DNA from: Candidatus Avidehalobacter gallistercoris | GTDB taxonomy: Bacteria; Bacillota; Dehalobacteriia; UBA4068; UBA4997 | Direction: 5' to 3' | Length of the DNA: 32,000 bases | Assembly (NCBI GenBank): GCA_018715045.1 | Contig: DVMH01000028.1 | Coordinates: 2,130 to 34,129, forward strand | Part shown: one piece after another, positions 26,016-32,000 of the stretch | How positions within the stretch are numbered: position 1 is the stretch's first letter | Layout: the number at the start of each line of letters is the position of its first letter | Position numbers and translations under genes: made by a program | The notes under the pieces: model-generated | Database searches by the model: none | Told to the model about the DNA's origin: nothing | The model's input: only the letters and a program-made list of their open reading frames with translations

Positions 26016-26046
26016 AGGGCGGTGGTTTTACAACCACCGCCCTTTT
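26016..26046 (+). terminator. Rho-independent terminator after the recombinase relic
   Basis: agggcggtggtt-ttac-aaccaccgccct is a perfect 12-bp stem, followed by ttt. Confidence 0.75.
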
Positions 26047-26434
26047 ATATGCCGGAGCTTTATATATAAACCCCAAAATGGAAAGAGGCAAGTAGATTTT
26101 TTACCTGCTGTTTATAAATTTTGTTGCTGTTACAGGTGCAGCGCAGCCATTGGTGGAAAATATTTGCATAGCTTTAATTTGCCGGCATCTCCACAGGATT
26201 GCAATATAACGAAAGCGGACGGGCTAATATAACCTGTCCGCTTTTATTTTGGCATGTATGCATAATATGAACAATATTTGCAGCTGAGCTAAAGAAATTG
26301 TTCATGCTGCGTTCGTTTATACAATTTAATTGCGACTTGCTATCGTTGCAAAATATTGTGGGCTTTCATTTGCGCTGTGACATTTTGGGGAGCTAATAAG
26401 ATAATTGCCTTGGTAAACTTTTTTATGAGCGGCT

Positions 26435-27025
26435 TTAATCTAAACCGCTAATGCTCAACAGCTTGCCCTGTTGCCCGATATATTCAAACTTTGGCAGAGG
26501 GGCTTCCGGCGCCTGGGCGGGTGGGATAAACTGATAGCTGCCGAAATATTCGCCATGTTCGATGTAAAGCTCATAGGGCAAGACATCGTAGCTGCTGTCA
26601 CGCGGCATTTCCAGCCGCAGTATCAGTCCTTTGTCGGAGCTGTCGCTGCTCCAATACTCGGCTCCGCGCTGATATTCGCCCGTTGTTTCGTTCTGTTTCA
26701 AATTATAAATGACAACTTTCGAGGCGGGATAAGCTGGTATCACCAGCGTGTAGTTGGAGCAGGGCGCCATCTTTAGCGTCTGATAAGCGTTTATGGTTTC
26801 CATTTCCGTGGGCGTTACATCGTTGATGATGTAAAGCAGCGCGTCATCCGGGGCATTGTCAATTGCCTGCCGTACAACGGAATTTTCGCCGCTGATGTTG
26901 AACTCATTGGCCGCAGGCTGATTATTCATGGCAGGCAAAGTGATGCTGCCGTTGCCTAAATTAAGGTAAACAATAACGCCAAGTGCGGCCAGCAGTACCA
27001 GCGAGATTATATGCGTATTTTTCAT
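26435..27025 (-). CDS. Hypothetical membrane-anchored or secreted protein (196 aa)
   Basis: The N-terminus MKNTHIISLVLLAALGVIVYL is a signal peptide or TM anchor. The RBS GGAGGA lies upstream. I recognise no family. Confidence 0.6.
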   Translation of the reverse strand: MKNTHIISLVLLAALGVIVYLNLGNGSITLPAMNNQPAANEFNISGENSVVRQAIDNAPDDALLYIINDVTPTEMETINAYQTLKMAPCSNYTLVIPAYPASKVVIYNLKQNETTGEYQRGAEYWSSDSSDKGLILRLEMPRDSSYDVLPYELYIEHGEYFGSYQFIPPAQAPEAPLPKFEYIGQQGKLLSISGLD

Positions 27026-27074
27026 GTTTTTATGCGTCCTCCGGGTAAATTGCCATAAAAATTGTTATAATAGC

Positions 27075-27103
27075 AGTATAGCAGAAAAAGCGCGGGCAGG
27101 CAA
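27075..27103 (-). promoter_or_regulatory. Candidate promoter for the 26435-27025 gene
   Basis: On the minus strand: TTGCCT (27103-27098), a 17-nt spacer, TATACT (27080-27075). Confidence 0.45.
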
Positions 27104-27141
27104 TACAAGGCGAGCGGATAAGGCAAAATTTGTAAATTATA

Positions 27142-27170
27142 TTGACAACTTGGACGGCTTGGCGTATAAT
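27142..27170 (+). promoter_or_regulatory. Consensus sigma-70/SigA promoter of the amino-acid ABC transporter operon
   Basis: TTGACA (27142-27147), exactly 17 nt, TATAAT (27165-27170). A leader of about 150 nt follows. Confidence 0.75.
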
Positions 27171-27324
27171 TCTTTTGCTATTACCAAAAGGATTTAGCCG
27201 TCAAAAAGCCTGAACCGCTCTTACGCTTCGGCGCTGGGCGCTCTTTGCCGAAAGGTGTTGGGGCGTTTAAACCCTGTTGGTGATCAGCAAAAAGAGTAAA
27301 AAGAAAGAAAAGGTGGTTTGTATC

Positions 27325-28485
27325 ATGAAAAAGAATTTGTGGAAATTGCTGGCTTTGTCAGTAGTTGCGGCGATGACGCTCTGCTGCTTTGCCGGGTGCG
27401 GCGATGACCAGCCCTCAACTCAGGGCGGTGAAAACACCGGCGATCAGGTATTCAAGATCGGCTCTATCGGGCCTTTGACCGGTCCAGCTTCCAGCTATGG
27501 CATTTCTGCCAAGCAGGGCGCTGAGGTTGCGGTGGCCGAGCTGAACGCCAACGGCGGTGTGGCTGGCTACACATTTGAGCTGATTGCTGCTGACGACCAG
27601 CATGACGCGGAGAAAGCTATCAATGCTTACGGCAACCTGATGGATCAGGGCATGAATGCTTTGGTGGGCGCTGTGACCAGCGTTCCCTGCATTGCAGTTA
27701 CCGAAGAATCCCATAACGACGGTCTGTTGCAGATTACTCCTTCTGCTTCGGCTGCTCAGGCTGCGCAGTATGACAACTGCTTCCGCATCTGCTTTACCGA
27801 TCCGCAGCAGGGTCAGCACATGGCTGATTATATTTACGGTCAGGGCATCACCAACTGCGCTGTGCTGTATGATGTGTCCGATGCTTATTCCTCCGGCATT
27901 TATGAAGCGTTTGTAGAGGCTTATGAGGGTCTGGGCGGTACTGTTGCCGCAGCTGAATCCTTTGCGTCCGGCGATGTTGATTTTAAGACTCAGCTGACCT
28001 CCATCAAGAACTCCGGGGCTGACGGTCTGTTCCTGCCTTTCTATTACACTGAGGTTGCTTATGTTGCCAACCAGTCCGTTGACGTTGGCCTGGATCTGCC
28101 GATGTTCGGCTGCGATGGCTGGGACGGTGTTATCGACCAGCTGAATGGTGACACCACTTTGGTGGATGGCTCCGTATTCCTGACTCCTTTCTTCGCTAAC
28201 GCTACTGATGAAAAGACGACCAAATTCGTAGCTGCTTATCAGGAAGCCTACGGCTCGGTTCCGGATCAGTTTGCTGCCGACAGCTATGACGCTGTTTATG
28301 CGATTGCTGCTGCTTTGGAAAAGGCCGGCAGCGCGGATAATGCTGCTTTGGTGGCCGCTATGTATGAGATCGAGCTGGATGGCGTAACCGGTGTAATGAC
28401 TTGGGACGAGAACGGCGATGCTACTAAGGATGCTATTCTGGCCAAGATCGAAAATGGCGATATTGTTCCCGTTAACGCTGAATAA
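27325..28485 (+). CDS. ABC transporter substrate-binding lipoprotein, branched-chain amino-acid (LivJ/LivK, Peripla_BP_6) type
   Basis: The start was trimmed to ATG 27325, 8 nt after AAAGGTGG. The lipoprotein signal MKKNLWKLLALSVVAAMTLCCFAGC has an FAGC lipobox. KIGSIGPLTGPASSYG and the following domain resemble Leu/Ile/Val-binding proteins. It is followed by livHMGF-type genes. Confidence 0.85.
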   Translation: MKKNLWKLLALSVVAAMTLCCFAGCGDDQPSTQGGENTGDQVFKIGSIGPLTGPASSYGISAKQGAEVAVAELNANGGVAGYTFELIAADDQHDAEKAINAYGNLMDQGMNALVGAVTSVPCIAVTEESHNDGLLQITPSASAAQAAQYDNCFRICFTDPQQGQHMADYIYGQGITNCAVLYDVSDAYSSGIYEAFVEAYEGLGGTVAAAESFASGDVDFKTQLTSIKNSGADGLFLPFYYTEVAYVANQSVDVGLDLPMFGCDGWDGVIDQLNGDTTLVDGSVFLTPFFANATDEKTTKFVAAYQEAYGSVPDQFAADSYDAVYAIAAALEKAGSADNAALVAAMYEIELDGVTGVMTWDENGDATKDAILAKIENGDIVPVNAE

Positions 28486-28516
28486 TCAGCAGGTGTGAAT
28501 TACTGTAAAAAAATAA

Positions 28517-28554
28517 ACTGCCGTTGGGGGTTATGCTCTGGCGGCGGTTTTTTT
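28517..28554 (+). terminator. Intra-operon terminator/attenuator after the binding-protein gene
   Basis: actgccg...cggcggt forms a stem that can be extended with G-U pairs, followed by ttttttt. Confidence 0.55.
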
Positions 28555-28624
28555 ATGGCCGAGTGATGTGACGAAAAAAATCGTGAAATTTTGCGGTTTT
28601 TTGCATCTTGATACAAAAAAAGAA

Positions 28625-28654
28625 TTGAGTTTGCCCACAATAGTGTGGTATAAT
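28625..28654 (+). promoter_or_regulatory. Candidate internal promoter for livHMGF
   Basis: TTGAGT (28625-28630), an 18-nt spacer, TGgTATAAT as an extended -10 (hexamer 28649-28654). Confidence 0.5.
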
Positions 28655-28731
28655 CGTAAAATAATCATTGCTAAAGATTATTAACCAAACGGTGCGCGGC
28701 TATTTGGCCGCTCAACTTGTAGTTAACTGGG

Positions 28732-29616
28732 GTGATATTGTTGGAATTTTTAGCGCAGATAATCAACGGATTAAGCCTTGGCAGCATTTATGCGCTGATC
28801 GCGCTGGGCTACACTATGGTTTACGGCATTTGTAAGATGCTGAACTTCGCGCACGGCGATATTATCATGGTGGGCGCGTATATGCTTTCGGTGGCGATGG
28901 CGACGCTGCATTTTCCTCCTTTTCTGGCGATTTTGACCAGTATGGTGGTGTGCGCGGCGCTGGGCGTTATCATCGAGCGCGTAGCCTATAAGCCGCTGCG
29001 CAACGCGACGCCGCTGGCGGTGTTGATCACAGCTATCGGCGTCAGCTATTTTCTGCAAAGCTCGGCGCTGCTTATTTTTGGCTCCACGCAGCGCAAAGTG
29101 GAATCTGCCATCAATTTTCCTTCTATTCAACTGGGCGATCTGAGTATCAGCGGCAACGCCTTGGTAACCTTGCTGGTAACTATTGTATTGATGGTGGGGC
29201 TCAATTGGTTCATTAACAACACCATGACGGGCAAAGCGATGCTGGCAGTGTCCGAGGATAAAGGCGCGGCACAGCTGATGGGTGTCAACGTCAACTTTAC
29301 CATTGCTATTACGTTCCTTATTGGTTCGGCACTGGCGGCGGTGGCCGGTGTTTTGTTTATTTCTTCGTATAAATACGTTGGTCCTTATACGGGTGCTATG
29401 CCTGGCATCAAGGCTTTTGTGGCGGCGGTTCTGGGCGGTATTGGCTCTGTGCCAGGCGCTATGCTGGGCGGAATTCTGCTGGGTTTGATCGAGAGCCTGG
29501 CCAAAGCATATATTTCCACGCAGCTGGCCGACGCGATCGTGTTTGGCGTGCTGATTGTGGTGCTGCTGGTTAAGCCCACCGGGCTGATGGGCAAGAAAAT
29601 TACCGAAAAGGTTTGA
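28732..29616 (+). CDS. livH: Branched-chain amino-acid ABC transporter permease LivH
   Basis: FLAQIINGLSLGSIYALIALGYTMVYG is the hallmark LivH N-terminus. The start could be GTG 28732 or a nearby TTG. Confidence 0.9.
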   Translation: MILLEFLAQIINGLSLGSIYALIALGYTMVYGICKMLNFAHGDIIMVGAYMLSVAMATLHFPPFLAILTSMVVCAALGVIIERVAYKPLRNATPLAVLITAIGVSYFLQSSALLIFGSTQRKVESAINFPSIQLGDLSISGNALVTLLVTIVLMVGLNWFINNTMTGKAMLAVSEDKGAAQLMGVNVNFTIAITFLIGSALAAVAGVLFISSYKYVGPYTGAMPGIKAFVAAVLGGIGSVPGAMLGGILLGLIESLAKAYISTQLADAIVFGVLIVVLLVKPTGLMGKKITEKV

Positions 29617-29653
29617 GCCGCTTTTGGCCAAGGACGAGGGGCGAAGATAAAAG

Positions 29654-30628
29654 ATGAAAAAATTACTTACGAAAAAAAATCTGGCGGTTCTGTTGCTGAT
29701 AATTGTTGTTTATGCAGTGTTGTTGGCTTGCGATCAGCTTGGCGTGTTCAACCGTCAAAGTAAGGCGCTGCTGGTGCCTATCGGTATAAATATCATGCTG
29801 GCGGTATCGCTGAGCCTCCTGGTCGGTTTTTTGGGCGAGCTTTCATTGGGTCACGCGGGCTTTATGTCGGTGGGCGCCTATGCTGGGTGTATGTTCACTA
29901 TCCATATGGATCTGCCTATGGCGGTGGAACTGCCGTTGGCTATGCTGATCGGCGGCGTAGTGGCTGGTTTGTTCGGTTTTCTTATTGGTATTCCGGCGTT
30001 GCGTCTTAAGGGCGACTATCTGGCCATCGTGACATTGGCTTTTGGTGAGATCATTCGCTCGGTGTTGAACAACTTTAGTCTGGTCGGCGGTGCGGGCGGT
30101 CTGAACGGAATACCTAAATACTCTAACTATACCATTGTTTATGTGGCGATGGTCATTACCATCATTGTGATCGCAAATCTGGTACATTCCCGCCACGGTC
30201 GCGCTATCTGCTCTATTCGCGATAATGTGATTGCGTCAGAATCCATGGGCATACCGGTGGTATATTACAAACTTCTGGCTTTTGTGGCGGCGGCGGTTTT
30301 CGCTGGCGTCGCTGGCGTGCTGTATGGCCACAATCTTGGCATTTTGAAACCAAGTACGTTTGATTTCAACAAGTCCATCGAGATTTTGGTTATGGTGGTT
30401 ATGGGCGGCATGGGCAGCCTTCCCGGCGCAGTTATTGCAGCGGTTGTCATCACCGTGCTGCCGGAGGCATTGCGCGGCTTGAGTGATTACCGTATGCTGA
30501 TTTACGCCGTGGTGTTGATTGCAATGATGCTGTTGAATAACAACGCCCGGTTCAATGAGTTCAAACAGCGCCTGTTCAGCAAGCGGGCTGCGCGTCATGG
30601 CGCAAAGCTGACGAAGGAGGGCGAATAA
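29654..30628 (+). CDS. livM: Branched-chain amino-acid ABC transporter permease LivM
   Basis: LVGFLGELSLGHAGFMSVGAYA and IPALRLKGDYLAIVTLAFGEI are LivM signatures. Confidence 0.9.
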   Translation: MKKLLTKKNLAVLLLIIVVYAVLLACDQLGVFNRQSKALLVPIGINIMLAVSLSLLVGFLGELSLGHAGFMSVGAYAGCMFTIHMDLPMAVELPLAMLIGGVVAGLFGFLIGIPALRLKGDYLAIVTLAFGEIIRSVLNNFSLVGGAGGLNGIPKYSNYTIVYVAMVITIIVIANLVHSRHGRAICSIRDNVIASESMGIPVVYYKLLAFVAAAVFAGVAGVLYGHNLGILKPSTFDFNKSIEILVMVVMGGMGSLPGAVIAAVVITVLPEALRGLSDYRMLIYAVVLIAMMLLNNNARFNEFKQRLFSKRAARHGAKLTKEGE

Positions 30629-30629
30629 T

Positions 30630-31388
30630 ATGGCGTTGTTGGAGGTTAAAAACCTGGGCATTTCTTTCGGCGGCTTGCGTGCCGTTGACGGCTTTAATGT
30701 GAATATTGAAAAGGGAGCGTTGTATGGCCTGATCGGTCCAAACGGCGCGGGTAAAACCACTGTGTTTAATATGCTGACCGGCGTATAGCAGCCCACTGTG
30801 GGCACTTTCATGCTGGACGGCGAAAATCTGACAGGCAAAAACACGCTGGAAATTGCGCATAAGGGCATTGCACGTACTTTTCAGAACATTCGTCTTTTTG
30901 CCAAAATGACAGTGCAGGACAACGTGAAAGTCGGCCTGCACAACCAGGTTAAATATGGCGTGGCCAGCGGCATTTTCCGTCTTCCCGGCTATTTCAGGGA
31001 CGAAAAATATCTGGATGAACGTGCCAAAGAGCTGCTGGACGTTTTCGGTCTGTACGGTGAGCGCGATTATCTGGCCTCTAACCTGCCTTACGGGAAACAG
31101 CGCAAATTGGAGATCGCGCGGGCACTGGCCACCGGGCCCAAACTGTTGCTGCTGGATGAACCGGCTGCCGGCATGAATCCCAATGAGACGGCGGAGCTGA
31201 TGGAAACCATTCATTTTGTGCGCGATACGTTTAATATGACTATTTTGCTGATAGAACATGATATGAAGCTGGTTTCTGGCATTTGCGAGGAAATCACTGT
31301 GCTGAACTTCGGACAGGTGTTGGCTCAGGGCAAACCCTCCGATGTGCTGAACGACCCCAAGGTTATCGTGGCTTATCTCGGCGAATAG
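30630..31388 (+). pseudogene. livG: ABC transporter ATP-binding protein LivG interrupted by an in-frame TAG at codon 53 (30786-30788)
   Basis: My translation from ATG 30630 is MALLEVKNLGISFGGLRAVDGFNVNIEKGALYGLIGPNGAGKTTVFNMLTGV-TAG-QPTVGTFMLDGENL... The same frame continues into track ORF 30798-31388, which carries the Q-loop, the signature YGKQRKLEIARAL and Walker B LLLLDEPAAG. E. coli LivG has Tyr at the interrupted position (CLTGFYKPTGG). Confidence 0.85.
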
Positions 31389-31400
31389 GAGGCAACTGGC

Positions 31401-32000
31401 ATGGCTTTGCTTAAAGTGGAAAATTTGCAGGTTTTTTACGGCGTTATCCAGGCCGTTAAAGGTATATCGTTTGAGGTCAATCAGGGAGAGATCGTGGCGC
31501 TGATCGGCGCCAACGGCGCAGGCAAAACCACTGTGCTGCACACTGTGACCGGGCTGGTGCCGGCCAAGGCGGGCAGTATCACCTATAACGGCGTCGATCT
31601 GCTGAAAACTCCTTCGCATAAAATTGTGGCGATGGGCATGGCTCATGTGCCGGAGGGCCGGCGCATTTTTCAGGAGCTGACAGTGTTGGAGAATTTGCAG
31701 ATGGGCGCATTCACCCGCCGCGACAAGGGTGAGGTAGCTCAAACGCTGCAAATGGTGTATGAACGTTTCCCCCGGCTGGAGGAGCGCAAAAAGCAGGTGG
31801 CCGGTACCCTTTCCGGCGGCGAGCAGCAAATGCTGGCTATAGGGCGGGCGTTGATGAGCAAGCCCGATATTATTCTTATGGACGAACCCTCAATGGGTTT
31901 ATCTCCGTTGTTTGTGACGGAGATTTTCGATATTATTCAGGAGATTAATAAGGCCGGCACTACGGTGCTGATTGTGGAGCAGAACGCCAAAAAGGTGCTT
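31401..32000 (+). CDS. livF: ABC transporter ATP-binding protein LivF, 3' end beyond the window
   Basis: Not in the track because no stop falls inside the window. ATG 31401 lies 8 nt after TAGGAGG. The translation is MALLKVENLQVFYGVIQAVKGISFEVNQGEIVALIGANGAGKTT...LSGGEQQMLAIGRAL...ILMDEPSMGLSP. Confidence 0.9.
   Translation, partial: MALLKVENLQVFYGVIQAVKGISFEVNQGEIVALIGANGAGKTTVLHTVTGLVPAKAGSITYNGVDLLKTPSHKIVAMGMAHVPEGRRIFQELTVLENLQMGAFTRRDKGEVAQTLQMVYERFPRLEERKKQVAGTLSGGEQQMLAIGRALMSKPDIILMDEPSMGLSPLFVTEIFDIIQEINKAGTTVLIVEQNAKKVL

Larger units (their letters stand above)
19990..26050. mobile_element. Accessory island, probably a decayed integrated element; both boundaries approximate
   Basis: It starts after the rpsO hairpin, where pnp is normally found. 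It contains a small serine recombinase, a large surface-protein cargo gene and a truncated, frameshifted large serine recombinase at the right end. Composition looks less GC-rich than the core (by eye). I found no clean att direct repeats. Confidence 0.5.

Noticed and set aside
25981-26232. 83-aa plus-strand ORF downstream of the recombinase relic.
   Set aside because: It spans a strong terminator hairpin (26016-26046) and AT-rich spacer, and it has no RBS.
26267-26305. A 9-bp inverted repeat, atgaacaat ... attgttcat, with a 21-nt loop in the AT-rich spacer.
   Set aside because: It is short and AT-rich, with no T-tract and no adjacent gene to regulate. It could be an operator or an att remnant, but the sequence alone does not support that.
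27121-27141. A CodY-box-like AT-rich motif (aaaatttgtaaattat) just upstream of the liv promoter.
   Set aside because: It matches only about 9 of 15 positions of the AATTTTCWGAAAATT consensus, which is indistinguishable from background in AT-rich promoter DNA.
30786-30788. The TAG in livG as pyrrolysine, a reassigned sense codon or programmed readthrough.
   Set aside because: TAG terminates trkH, rimP, infB and livG itself in this window. The orthologous residue is Tyr, one substitution away from TAG, and there are no pyl genes in view. A nonsense mutation or a sequencing error is the simpler explanation. The alternative remains listed as a check.

Overview
The window reads as a Firmicutes (Clostridia-like) chromosomal segment. 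That call rests on gene order and on GGAGG-type ribosome-binding sites; nothing was searched against a database. Most of it is conserved housekeeping. In order: the 3' end of floA plus a small membrane protein; gltX (minus strand); a DUF1540-like mini-gene divergent from an orphan BMC-domain gene; trkA-trkH; a DnaD-domain gene and a DnaI-like helicase loader; a HAD hydrolase; a carbon-nitrogen hydrolase; the full rimP-nusA-ylxR-ylxQ-infB-rbfA-DHH-truB-ribF cluster; and rpsO. Two accessory patches interrupt this core. (1) An AT-rich insert of about 1.36 kb (1005-2361) is bounded by a perfect 17-bp direct repeat, and the right repeat copy overlaps the gltX stop codon. (2) An island of about 6 kb lies downstream of rpsO, where pnp would normally sit. 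It carries a small Hin/resolvase-type serine recombinase, a pair of 26-nt inverted repeats bracketing 88 bp, a 96-aa ORF, an 1181-aa secreted LRR-vWA-SLH surface protein, and a badly decayed large serine recombinase. The window ends with a branched-chain amino-acid type ABC transporter operon (binding protein, livH, livM, livG, partial livF). In that operon livG carries an in-frame TAG at codon 53. The most interesting hypothesis is that the recombinase and inverted repeats form a phase-variation switch for the surface protein. No rRNA, tRNA or CRISPR arrays were seen. Many long ORFs in the track are antisense shadows of GC-rich genes and were rejected.
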